Positions 28,600 to 41,021 are shown, counted from the stretch's first letter. The stretch is DNA of 64,000 nucleotides from Octopus vulgaris (GCA_951406725.2 OX597836.1:930001-994000), one strand, 5' to 3'. Numbers and translations: made by a program. The notes: generated from the letters alone by a model not told the origin.

Positions 28600-28880
28600 T
28601 CTTTCTCCTCTTCACACTTCCTCTCAGAATGGTGTGGTACAAAGGCTCGGAGATTTGTCGATTTAATTCTCGAAAAAAGTTTTGTTTCTGGACTTTCGGC
28701 TTTTGTAGTACTGCGGCATTTTATTATCTTATTTCCCCAGCTAATTCTGCTCAGTCTGCGAAAGATCCATGCTTCGAAGACATCTATCTTCTTGTACACT
28801 GCTCTGAACATTGTCCATGTTTTTGCCCCGCAGAGCCTAAGATAACAGTTTATTCGCCTCAAGTTTAGTTGTACTGTCAT
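28600..28880 (-). mobile_element. RTE-clade LINE fragment (region C-terminal to the RT domain)
   Basis: ORF 28545..28880 contains CGAKTWTMFRAVYKKIDVFEAWIFRRLSRISW, matching the RTE motif YGxETWT....KKIxAFEMWxxRRxLRISW. Confidence 0.8.
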
Positions 28881-28933
28881 GTCTTTTCAAATGATGATCT
28901 TTTTCATTCTTATGAATATAATAGTAACCTTCT

Positions 28934-29028
28934 ATGTATGTATGTATGTATGTATGTATGTATGTATGTATGTATGTATGTATGTATGTATGTATGTATG
29001 TATGTATGTATGTATGTATGTATGTATG
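28934..29028. repeat. (TATG)n microsatellite
   Basis: Directly visible. Confidence 0.97.
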
Positions 29029-29144
29029 TGTACACACACACAATACTTTATCGACTCAAATTAAATTCCCGCGCAGAAACTTCTTGGGCGCTCGGAACCT
29101 TTGCATATATATTGATATGAGTGTGCGTGTATATATTATATAAT

Positions 29145-29344
29145 ATCTCTTTTACTTGTTTCAGTCATTTAACTGTGGCCATGCTGGAGCAGCGCCTTTA
29201 GTCGAACAGATCGACCCCAGGATTTATTCTCTGTAAGCCTAGTACTTATTCTGTCGGTCTCATTTGCTGAACCGCTAAGTTACGGGGACGTAAACACACC
29301 AGCAAGCGATGTTGAGGGGTGGGGGACAAACGCAGACACAAACA

Positions 29345-29350
<6 letters not shown>
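29145..29350 (-). mobile_element. SINE family A 3' half, young copy, running into an expanded (CA)n(TA)n tract
   Basis: TTGTTTCAGTCATTTAACTGTGGCCATGCTGGAGCAGCGCCTTTAGTCGAAC...AACCGCTAAGTTACGGGGACGTAAACACACCAGC. Confidence 0.92.
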
Positions 29351-29434
<84 letters not shown>

Positions 29435-29450
29435 AGGTTTCTTTCAGTTT

Positions 29451-29483
<33 letters not shown>

Positions 29484-29599
29484 ATATAAACACGCACAGG
29501 GCTGAATCTATGTGTGAGAAAGAAAGAGAGAGAGAGAGACAGAGAGAGAGAGAGAGCGATAAGAGATTCGAGAGGTGATGGGCGAGTTAGGGTTTATGA

Positions 29600-29870
29600 A
29601 GTGAGACAGAGATAATTAAATGATTCGATCACGGCATGGGATGGCATGGGATGAGTGGTGGAAGCTGTTCGTCCGTTCACAGAAGCAGATGGTGTTGAAG
29701 TATGAGGTGAGAAAGAGTAAGAAGAAACGGTAAATTTGCGAAGCAATGCTTGGCTGAACCGTCATTAGTGTTGGTCATATATGTTGGAGATCGTCGAATG
29801 CAGTTTTGTGCAAGGTTTCTGCCTCATCAAAGACGAAATATTTGTTGATCCTTTGGAGGAAAACATGTCA
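29600..29870 (-). mobile_element. Possible decayed CR1-group LINE 3' fragment
   Basis: Minus-strand frameshifted peptides TVSSYSF / SYFNTICFCE resemble AVSSLSLFYRYFNGxCSSE. Confidence 0.3.
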
Positions 29871-29905
29871 TTGGTGTTCAGAAACTAGATCTCTCTCTCT
29901 CTCTC

Positions 29906-29955
<50 letters not shown>

Positions 29956-30425
29956 GCTATTTTTAAATATATGAGTAGTACTACAATGGGAATCTTAACT
30001 GAGATCTACAGAAGGTCAGCAACGGAACTATTCCTGGTAACGGTGTTACAGTCTTTTGGATCTCCTCGTGTGATCCACCTTTAAGATCTGATTTAGGTTT
30101 GTATGCATTGCAATAGCTTCTGTACTGAGCTGGAGGCCTTACTTACGGTTGTGGCCCAGGATGTTTGTTGCAGCAGCAACATATGTCGACAATACTTTCA
30201 TCTCGGATTTACCCTAACCCTACGAACTTATGCATTTAAGGTTTCCAAGAAGTAAATTATCAGATCCATCCATGCAAAACTGCTGATTCAGCCACGTGTC
30301 TGACCTTTTAGCTAACGTTTTATTCTGACTGTATGGAGAGGATTCAGCTGGTTTGGTCACCGTTGCTATATGCAGTTTGTTCTAAGCCTCATTTTGTAGT
30401 TCATCGCACTCACACACTCTCTCCT

Positions 30426-30479
<54 letters not shown>

Positions 30480-30789
30480 GTGAGAGAGAGAGAGAGAGAG
30501 AGGTAGGAACCATGTGAGTAAAGGAAGCTGTCTTGAACAAGACAGATTATGATCGGTTGCAAAGTCCGTGCAGAACGTACTTTCATCGCAAAACAACCTT
30601 AAATGACAGATTTGGGGTGACACAGTGAACCGTTATAGGAAGGGCTGGCCCACATCGTTGAAGTAGACCCTGGCAATCTACTGTGTCATTACTTGCAAGG
30701 CACAACTGGTCGCACAACCAACTCTTAAACATTGTTATTAATGCATTAAAAAAAAGCGATTTATTATTGTGAATATAATCAGACTGGTT

Positions 30790-31560
30790 AGTGTTGGATG
30801 AGAGGGCAATGAATAGTAAAATGTACAGAAAGAAGTAGAGAATCCATCATCAAATACATACGGAAGGACGTGTGTGTGAGTGCAACATGAGAGACTGGCG
30901 GACAGATCGGCCGATCGACAGACAGGTGTCGGACGGTAGCGCAGCGTTTGGCGAATTGCTGCGAGTCGTAAGGGTGGTCAGGGTGGTTACAACGGGCCCT
31001 AATTGCGTTTCGGAACAGAAAAGTGCCAAATGAAGTCAGACAAAAGAATGGGGATACTCGTTGGTAAGATTTTGGCGACTTGGAGACTCTAGAGGGAACC
31101 ATGTTGTTTGAAAAGAGTCATAAGCCCAAAGGTGGAAGATCGACAAATAATGGAGGGAGCGTCTCACGAAGTAAACTGTTTGTAGAATAAGATAAGGTCC
31201 TGAATTGAAAGAAACCTGGGTTGGTCTGCAACGGTAAAAAGGTGACTCATTGATTGTCGAAAATAAAAGGGGAAAATACAGAAAGTTTGATTTGTCGTAA
31301 GGACAGATATATTCAGCATTGCAGACACTCTTCCTTCTTTGGAGAAAACGAGAAAACTAAGGTTAACCAGGCAGTCATTACTTCGGTGGTTGAAGGAAAC
31401 ACAAAGAGAAGAACTAAAAGTCTGTCTGTCCGAAGACGGACGACGAAATCGGGTTTTACTAATATCTGGAATGTAGGAAAAGATCGGTCATCAAGTTTTG
31501 CGAAATTCAATCGACGTGGATGGCTATTATCATTGTCAAGAGCAACAGACAGCCCATCAT
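30790..31560 (-). mobile_element. Highly decayed CR1/L2-group LINE RT region
   Basis: Minus-strand remnants PDISKT (LDISKAFD), AWLT, QVSFNS (NxVxFN) and NAIRAR...QQFAKRCA (RAIR...QxLxHRR) occur in the expected order, with many stops and frameshifts. Confidence 0.4.
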
Positions 31561-31562
31561 TG

Positions 31563-31602
<40 letters not shown>

Positions 31603-31849
31603 TACAGAGAGAACTGTATTTATCATTTATAATGAATGTTTCGGCTTTCTTTAAATCGGAAACGAAAGAGTAAGCACCATGAATAAAACGCTACACCAAC
31701 CCTGCATCTACCTTCACCCCACTTCACTCTCTCTCTCTCTCTCTCTAATAGACTCCGAGGACAAGTGTCCGAAATATTGGTTTTGGACCCTGGACGTCAA
31801 CTCAAACACTACTACATGTCTTTCTACCATACACACAAATACCCATAAA

Positions 31850-31902
<53 letters not shown>

Positions 31903-31920
31903 GTATACACACACACTCAT

Positions 31921-32015
31921 GTAGGCACATAGGTGCAAAATAAGATGGAAAAAAGTAGTACTCGAGTATCAAAGATAGAGTAAGAGTCTATTTTATAAAA
32001 ACCCAAAGATAACAC
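31921..32015. repeat. TA/CA-embedded cassette homologous to 63868-63960
   Basis: GCACATAGGTGCAAAATAAGATGGAAAAAAGTAGTACTCGAGTATCAAAGATAGAGTAA vs GCACATAAATGTGAAACAAGGTGGAAAAAATAGTACTCAAATACCAGAGGTAGAGTAA. Confidence 0.7.
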
Positions 32016-32038
32016 ACGCGCGCATATATATTTGTGTA

Positions 32039-32087
<49 letters not shown>

Positions 32088-32340
32088 CGTGGCTCTCGGT
32101 CGGTTACGATGACAAGGGTTGCAGCTGATCCGATCCACGGAACAGCCTGCTGATGAAATTAACGTAGAAGACACGCGTACCCTTTGAAATACGGGTACAA
32201 CAGAATGAGTAAGAGAAAGTTGTAGTGAAAGGGTTCAGCAGGATTCGTAGAGCTTTAAAGTGTTTTCGCTCAAATGAACACTCACAACGCCCGGTCTAGG
32301 AATCGAAATCGCGATCTCACGACCGCGAGTCCGCTGCCCT
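32088..32340 (-). mobile_element. SINE family C with tRNA-derived head
   Basis: Reverse-complement head AGGGCAGCGGACTCGCGGTCGTGAGATCGCGATTTCGATTCC (B-box-like), body TTGAGCGAAAACAC, tail GCAGGCTGTTCCGTGGATCGGATC...CGTAACCGAC. Confidence 0.85.
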
Positions 32341-32804
32341 TCATACGTATATTTTTATATATATATATATATATGCGTATAAACATGTAAATTTATATAT
32401 ATTTACGTACATATATAACGTCTATATGTAGATATATACGTATATACATAAATATAGAGAAGAGGAACAAATTGGCAAGCGACAAGTTGGAATCGAAGCG
32501 ATCTAGGAATTCCTTGGGAAGAGAAAGAGAGAGAGAGAGAGAGAGGGAGGAAGGAGGGAGGGAGGGAGGGAGGGAGAGAAAGAGACAGAGAGATTGTCAG
32601 GATTCCATTGATACTTTTTGGTCAAGAACTGACGTTTGTCAATAAACACGGCAGATTACGAAATCCGAGGAATCTGGTGATATTTACAAATAAATATTTC
32701 ATATTGTGTATTTACTTGGAAGCTTTTCTATCAACAGGATAAACTGTTTATTTTCCTTCAATCTATCAACACACACACACACACACGCACGCACACGCAC
32801 AGAG

Positions 32805-32960
32805 CCTATGAAGGCCAGCAGCTTTATAGGGAATCGGTAAGTGGATTCATTGGGACAGAAAGAATGAAAGAAAGTTGACCTCGGTTGCTTTTAGACTTTG
32901 AACGGAAATCCGGAAGATGTGCCGCAAAACATTTTCCCCAGCGTCCTAACAATTCTGTCT
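32805..32960 (-). mobile_element. SINE family B, decayed
   Basis: GAAAGAATGAAAGAAAGTTGACCTCGG...GCGTCCTAACAATTCTG. Confidence 0.55.
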
Positions 32961-32966
32961 GTTTAC

Positions 32967-33036
<70 letters not shown>

Positions 33037-33447
33037 GTAGGGAAAGTTCACATCATTACATAAATCGTGTCTGTTTTGTTTGATACGTTTTAAGAAACCC
33101 CTTCCCCCTTCATCTCCTCAACGAATCCCTATCACAGTTTGTCGACCAAATGAACTTATTGCCTTTCATTCTATTTCAATGTAATTTGGTATTCAGTTCT
33201 ATATGGAAGACTGACCCTTATAAACTGTAGATTGTTAACCCCTTGTGTGTGTGTGTGTGTGTGTACACATGTTCTGGTGCTGTTTGTCTCCACGTGCCGA
33301 AGACAAAACATTGCCGATGGGGCTCAATGCGTTTAATGGAGGGAAATTACCTGAAAAAGTTGACGGGGCAGCGATTTGAAATTTTCCCCACCAAAACGTA
33401 AAACTCACAAGTTCCAGTCTAATTAACGTCATACATACACACATACA

Positions 33448-33493
<46 letters not shown>

Positions 33494-33571
33494 TATATAT
33501 ATATATATATACACACATACATACACACATATATATATATACATATAATACATACATATATATATGTATAC

Positions 33572-33616
<45 letters not shown>

Positions 33617-33841
33617 TATAAAGATATATATATATATATATATATACATATATATTCCCTTCTTTCCTGAGCGTCCAATAATACTTTATTTGTTCCACAT
33701 CCTTGCGTTGTTGTCTTTTTGTTTTCTTGTTTGGATTAACTTTATATATATATATATACATATTCATATATATATTTTTTATATATATATTTATATATAA
33801 ACATACCAACATACATATATACATGCACATATATATATATT

Positions 33842-33886
<45 letters not shown>

Positions 33887-33924
33887 GCACACATAAATAT
33901 ATATATATATGTAAATATGTATAT

Positions 33925-34203
33925 ACAACGAGCTTCCACACAGTTTCCGTCCACCAAATTCAGGTTTGAGGCATTGGTCGGTGGAGGGCGATAGCAAATG
34001 GCACTTCCACTTGATGTCGCGCTGTGGGACTGAACCAGAAACCACACAGCTAGGCCTGCACCTTTCTTTCTCTGTGTACATTATATATATATATATATAT
34101 ATATATACGACGGGCTTCTTTCAGTTTCCGTCTACCAAATCCACTTACAAGTCTTTGGCCGGCGTGAGACTACAGTAGAAGACACTTGTCCAAGGTGCCT
34201 GCG
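33925..34203 (-). mobile_element. Two SINE family A 5'-half fragments (33925-34060; 34105-34203)
   Basis: CAGTTTCCGTCCACCAAAT...GGGACTGAACCAGAAACCAC; ACGACGGGCTTCTTTCAGTTTCCGTCTACCAAATCCAC...AGTAGAAGACACTTGTCCAAGGTGCC. Confidence 0.85.
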
Positions 34204-34221
34204 TCTCTCTCTTTCTGTCTG

Positions 34222-34259
<38 letters not shown>

Positions 34260-34286
34260 CATATACCCAGTAAGTATATGTGCATG

Positions 34287-34326
<40 letters not shown>

Positions 34327-34451
34327 TGAAAAAAATATATATAAACGACGTAACGTATACCGAATCTAAAAACGAACGGTAGACAAACAGAAATTCCGTA
34401 ATTCTTCATCAGTTATCGACCAATATTCAGTTTCGCACCTGTAACGATATA

Positions 34452-34505
<54 letters not shown>

Positions 34506-34677
34506 TATATATATATATACACACACATATATATATATACATACATACATGAATACATACATACATACACAATATGTATATATGTATGTACATTATATAT
34601 TATGTACATATGTATATGTATCTATACATATATATATGCATATGTACATATATATCGATCTATCACTATACATACAG

Positions 34678-34741
<64 letters not shown>

Positions 34742-35053
34742 ATGTGTGTGTATCTTGCTTATATTCATATATACATTTACATACGGGTATATCTTCGTGC
34801 GTATATACATACCCCCCCCACACACACACACACAATGATGTACAGGTTTCGAAGAGTTTAGCTGCAGCCCCAAGACCTAAGGATGTAGAATACCTTCCGC
34901 GACACTAACAGTTTTAGATTTGGTGAGGTTCACCCCCTTCATTCTGGGGTCCTCATCTCATGGCATTAGTTTCGAATTGAAACTGAACTCTCTCACACAC
35001 ACAAAACATGCACACAGAATCACAGACACACACACTATTTCTTACATGAGACG

Positions 35054-35107
<54 letters not shown>

Positions 35108-35224
35108 TGTGTGTGTGTGTGTGTATTTGCAGGTTAGTACACACGTTTGTGTGGTGTGTGTTTCTATACGTTGCACTCGTCAGCCGTATTGTATAACATC
35201 TAATTGATATATATTTATAATCCA

Positions 35225-35360
35225 TCGGAGGAGACTCCATAAGTTCTCTGTACAAGCTAGAAATAGCAGCCAAATTTCATCAAATTGCTCCTTACACGCA
35301 GTAATAGAGTCTGACTATCTGTGTATGCTGAACCTAAGCTTGTCGGGGTTTAAACAATAA
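35225..35360 (+). mobile_element. Family D repeat copy, internally deleted
   Basis: GCTAGAAATAGCAGCCAAATT...GGGGTTTAAACAATAAC. Confidence 0.65.
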
Positions 35361-35571
35361 CATCTACCTACATACGATTTCATTTTGATATTCCACTCTT
35401 GTTTAAGGTTGTTATTATCATGATATCCTCACTCTACACTCGTATAAACACCTATCTATCTATCTATCTATCTATTACCCACCCATCCATGTATCTATCT
35501 GCCTATCTATATCTATCTATCTCTCTACCTATGTATGTATGTATGTATGTATGTATGTATGTATCTATCTA

Positions 35572-35606
<35 letters not shown>

Positions 35607-35892
35607 GTCTATCCCTCTTATCTATCCATCCGTAGAGATACTTTTACATGGACCATACATAACTCCGTCCCTGCATAACGTAAACACAGGCACACACAAC
35701 GCGTGCGACAACACACGCGCACTCGAAACAGTCTTTAATCCGTCTGTCCCTACACACACACCCACACACACAAACACATCAGCAAATGCAATGATACTCG
35801 ATGGCGAGATTAGATATTTTTTCTCCTTTCATCCATTCATTTTCGTCTTGTTTTTTCATACATTCATTTTCCTCTCTCTCGTTAGTCCTAAT

Positions 35893-35937
<45 letters not shown>

Positions 35938-36019
35938 TATATGCATACGTGTATTATGTGTTCGTGCTATTAAAAGGGAACGCGGATGAACATGCATTTT
36001 CTACATCATACATATATAT

Positions 36020-36216
36020 ATAGGGGGAGAGTTCACGAAAAAAAAACAAAAAACGAAGACAGGTGGTGTATAAAACAAACAGATGTATTAGTATAACGCT
36101 CAGGAAATTGAAAAGGTCTTTTACGTTTCGAGCCTACGCTCTTGTACAGAAAGGGACACTAAAAACAAAAAAAAAAACAAGGAGAGAAAAAAAATGCGTG
36201 TAGTGGCTACCGATCT

Positions 36217-36220
<4 letters not shown>
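36020..36220 (-). mobile_element. (TA)n-embedded cassette with a minimal hammerhead-like motif (Penelope-like pseudo-LTR or retrozyme candidate)
   Basis: Flanked by TA repeats. Minus strand 36153-36118 reads CUUU-CUGUACAA-GAGC-GUAG-GCUC-GAAA-CGUA-AAAG. Related segments at 33655-33745 and 28575-28595. Confidence 0.5.
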
Positions 36221-36257
<37 letters not shown>

Positions 36258-36631
36258 GAGAGAGAGATCGATTGAAGTGTGTGCGTGTGTGTGGGGACGT
36301 TTGTAGGTGTATATATATGCAACAGCCACGACACCCACACCCACCAGAGCACAGCGAAACGCATCTCTATAAAATAGGTTACAATACTACATTTTTCTGT
36401 CAATTTTTGTCAATTTTTCCAGCCAAATATCTCCTGATTTTACTGGAAGCATAAAACTGGTACCCCAACCAACTACACCCGTTCCCCTCCCTCGTATATC
36501 GATTCGCGAGTCAATTTGATCTAGGGGCCACATCCCTAGCTCTACAAGGATTTGAACCTAGAACTACGCACAAAATTTCGGATAATGTTTTTGGTAATTT
36601 CTGACAAACACACTTATGCGCGCGAGCGCGT

Positions 36632-36688
<57 letters not shown>

Positions 36689-36819
36689 CTCTCTCTCTTT
36701 CTTCCTCCCTCTCTCTCTCTCTTTCTCCCTCTCTCTCTAAATTCTGATCTATGGCGTTCATTCCATTCCTGAAAATATTAATTCATTTATTGATTTTAGT
36801 TTGAAAAACTGTCTTTCAG

Positions 36820-36867
<48 letters not shown>

Positions 36868-37608
36868 AGGGGGAGGGGGAGTGAGTGTGTGCACTGTGAA
36901 TGTATGTGTGTGTGTTGGGTGTATATTGTGGATGTGTGTGTTGTTTGTGCATTGCGCCTGTATGTGTGTTCGATGATCTCTGAGTGTGTTTGCATTTTGC
37001 GTATGTATATGTATGTTGTGTGTACGTGTGTGTGTTTGTGTGTTTGCTGCGGCTGTGTGTGTGTGTGCGCGTGCAATCGAACTCGCATCGTTGGTGGTGA
37101 TTGGGGAGGAGGTTGCGTTGCCGATAATCGATAGTAGTAGCGATAATTAGGTTGAAAGAATGACTACCACCAGCAGCAGCAGCAGCAACATCAAGAGGAA
37201 GCATAATAAAAAAAAAACCCAAAAAACTCATAATTATTTTAAAGTTAGTCATAAAGCCAGATATTGGAGGGTGAGCAAATGAGGTAATCAATCAATTGGA
37301 TCGATCCTCCGTGCATGATTGATACTTTAGTTTATCGATCTCCGAGTAACGATGAAATATAAAGCAAATAGAATCCTGCAAGATTTGATCTCGACACCTT
37401 TTAGTTTGAAACTAACCATTGTGAGACAAGACGACTCCTTGGAATCGATCTTCTGCAGGTGAAAGAACTGCCGCTAATCACTGGTATAAGATGAGTTAGA
37501 ATATCATTGGCTCTACACGTTTCCACTCTTCGCATTCTGAGCTCGATTCCGACCAAGGAGATTAACTTTGAACTTCACCCCCACCCCCGCCTTTTCCCCC
37601 CACTTCTC

Positions 37609-37747
<139 letters not shown>

Positions 37748-38250
37748 AAATCAATAAATAAAATACTGCAACTCTACAGGACTTAGTCTATTTATCCCTT
37801 CTCGCTTCGTCTCCGTCTCTCTCTCTCTCTCTCTCCCTCTCTCCCTCCCTCTGTGAATCATCAGCGATGTGCAGGGGTCAGGAAAGGGATCCTTCTCAGG
37901 GCCCCACAAATCCTCTAACAATAACCAATCCTGTGGACTCATCATCAAAGACAGAAATAATAACAGCGGATAAAATGAAAGATGGTTTGACCGGGTTTCG
38001 AACCTGGAATCGAGATAAAAAGGCTTACAACAAAAATAAGTAAATAAATGATTTTTGTGATTTATTTCGTTCGATGTTCTTTTCTTTCTGTTTTTCTTTC
38101 CCGTTCTCTTCGTGCGCGGCTGCACGCACCTGTCCGTGTCTATAAAGTGCATTTCCATCATCCGTCCGTTGATTTTCCTAGCCTCTACTTTCTTGTGTTT
38201 ACACATTTCACACTATGCACGAGCGTGTATAGACGTGCATACATACATAA

Positions 38251-38300
<50 letters not shown>

Positions 38301-39049
38301 CATGTGTGTGTGTGTGTGTGTATGTGTATACATATAACACCAAACAGGTTTCGTATCTAAGGTATAAAACATCTAGAGAAACCACATTATCATTATTATC
38401 ATTATTATTATCATTATTATTATTATTATTATTAGGGAACAGCGTTGAGTAGTAATGGCCAGTGGTGGCATTCATGCAGAGTCAAATTGCTCAAGGGTTT
38501 ATTTAGCTTGGTCGGCAAAAATCTAAGTGGAGAGATCGAACGCTGGGATAATTAAAAGTTGGCCGCAGAGATGCTGGAACGGACAACCAGGCCGAACAGA
38601 AAACAACAACAGCAGCAGCAATGATGCCGGCTGCTCACAGTGGCACCCACTTGTCCGTCCCACAATGTATAACCGGTGATAACTGGTTAGTTTAGCCTTA
38701 AAGACAAAACAACAAAAGACAAAATAACAAAAGTGGAAACGGTCCGGCGCTTTTGGTGAGGAAAAGAAAAGCAGGGATATTCAGATGTTGTTATTCCTGT
38801 TTCGGTTCCTGGTCGATGCAGTGAGATCCCAGGTCCATATTATCAAAGTCTTTCTCCTTGGTTTTTGAGGCAGTGATACAATGAAGAACTGGCTGCTATT
38901 TCTTGCAGATGTGTCACCCAGAGGCCCCTGCGTCGGTTCCAAGATGGTGCTGATGGCGACGGTGGTGGCGAGGACGGTTCCACCCGACTCGGTTTTAGAC
39001 TGGCCTGCATTCTTTAACTACTACATCATCATCATCGTCATCGTCAACA

Positions 39050-39172
39050 GCAATCCTTTCTACTATAAGCACAAGGCCTGACATTTTGTGGACATCGCCC
39101 CCCCCCCCGTATTCAACTGGTACTTTATTTATCGACCCTGAAAGGATGAAAGGCAAAGTCGATCTCGGCAGA

Positions 39173-39208
<36 letters not shown>

Positions 39209-39257
39209 CCTTTATGCCGTAGGCACAAGGTCTGAAATTTCATAATTTCAGTGTTTC

Positions 39258-39288
<31 letters not shown>

Positions 39289-39670
39289 TAATAGTCAGGA
39301 AGAAGAATAATTTCTAGCTTAGGCACGAAGCCTAAAATTTTTGGGGGTCGATGTAGTCGACCCCCGTACTTGACTGGTACTACCTTGTTTCACCAACCCC
39401 TCAAAAGATGAAAGTCGAAATCTGCTTTTGTGGGTTTCGAACTCAAAGGTACAAAACGAAAAGGTTGTGATTTTGTTAACCGCTTTTTTAATTATCGCAA
39501 TTTACTTTGATTTCTAAGTTAGGCAGACATTGTAATTAAAGGTAAGGGTCATAGTGGGTTTAATCAACCTCAAGATATAACTGGTACTTCAGTTACTCGA
39601 CCTCGTCAGTCTGGAAAAGATGAAAGGCCAAAGTGTTGACCTCGGTGGAAATTCGAACTCTGGAGTTGAA
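39050..39670 (-). mobile_element. Cluster of four same-orientation SINE family B copies or fragments interleaved with (AAT)n
   Basis: Repeated GCACAAGGCCTGA / ACTGGTACT / GATGAAAGGC(A)AAGT...CTCGG at ~39050, ~39205 (tail only), ~39310 and ~39510. Confidence 0.8.
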
Positions 39671-39920
39671 ATGACCTGAGTGGCGGTGGTGGTGGGTGGT
39701 GCAAGGCAAAAGGCCACACACGTGTTTTGGGAAAGAGAACAGTCTCGAAAATATACACCCGTCTTTCACAATCAAAACAAAAAGAAAAAAAAAGAAAAGG
39801 AAAAATGGAAAGGAAAAAAAAATTGGAGAATTCAGCAGAAATTTCAAATATTACTGTGTTTGCCTCATTGAAAATAAAACATTTATGTCCATACAATTGA
39901 ATGAATGTGGACATGTAGAA

Positions 39921-39960
39921 GTGCCTCCGGTGTGCCTCCGGTGTGCCTCCGGTGTGCCTC
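39921..39960. repeat. 11-bp GC-rich minisatellite (GTGCCTCCGGT) x3.6
   Basis: Perfect tandem copies are visible. Confidence 0.95.
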
Positions 39961-40540
39961 ACGAGGATACAACTTCGATTAGATAACCCTTCTATACCCG
40001 TGCTTAAAAATGGTCATCATTTCGTCACCCCTTACGCTCTCCGTCTTTACAAACCACCCGAAGCGGGAAAGAAAAGATGAAGACCAAAACCAGTCACCCT
40101 CCCCCACCATCCCTGGCCAGTGTAGATGGACGGTAAAGGGCGAGTTGGTCCGACGATCAACCGTCCAGTTTGCCCCTCCCCACCGTCCACCCGACATCAT
40201 CCACCCTCGCCCACCCCCAGCTGATCTCTCGCAACAACAACAACAATCTCATTCACTCGTAGATTTATTTACAAATGGAGGGGAAACGATCGATCAAACT
40301 GAAACCCGATATATATAACTGGTATCTTACAATATTTTGCTATCGACCTCAGCCGGGGGTGGAGGAGGAGAGGTGGGCTGGGGGGGGGGGGGGGCTCGAC
40401 ATTAACAGCAACACGAATAACAATAACATTTACTTCGTTCAGGAAGAATTACGAGTTCAAATCATAATCGAAATAATCTTTTGTATGAACACAAGGGCAA
40501 CAGTGTGAATGTGTGAGAGAGAGAGAAAGTATATATATAC

Positions 40541-40575
<35 letters not shown>

Positions 40576-40990
40576 ACGCTTTTTTTCCTTCCTTCTCTCT
40601 CTTTGTATGTGTGTATGAATATATACGTATGCGTGTTTATATATATATATATGAATGTATATACACCCGCGCTCACACGAAATGTTCCAATGCACACCTG
40701 TATCGGAAATGTGTAAAGTGTGTTATAATTCCATATAAGCCATACACACAAACACGTCCACACATTTGCGTACACACACACACTTATACATATCTACACA
40801 CACACACGCACACACACATATATACATTCATATATACATTCATTCATATATACACACACATATATGAATGTGTGTGTGTGTATGTATATATATATGAATG
40901 TGTATATGAATATATATGTATATATATGCATATATGTGTGTGTGTGTATAAACATACACACACACACATATATATGTATGTATGTACGTA

Positions 40991-41021
<31 letters not shown>

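Noticed and set aside
30141-30216. Possible minus-strand exon (GKSEMKVLSTYVAAATNILGHN) ending at GTAAGT, with two TTAGGG-like units
   Set aside because: No polypyrimidine tract at the acceptor and no recognisable homology. Two telomere-like units are expected by chance.
37751-38206. 151-aa minus-strand ORF containing MMSPQDWLLLEDLWGPEKDPFPDP
   Set aside because: No flanking splice signals, and it runs into a (GA)n repeat. Treated as a possible regulatory island instead.
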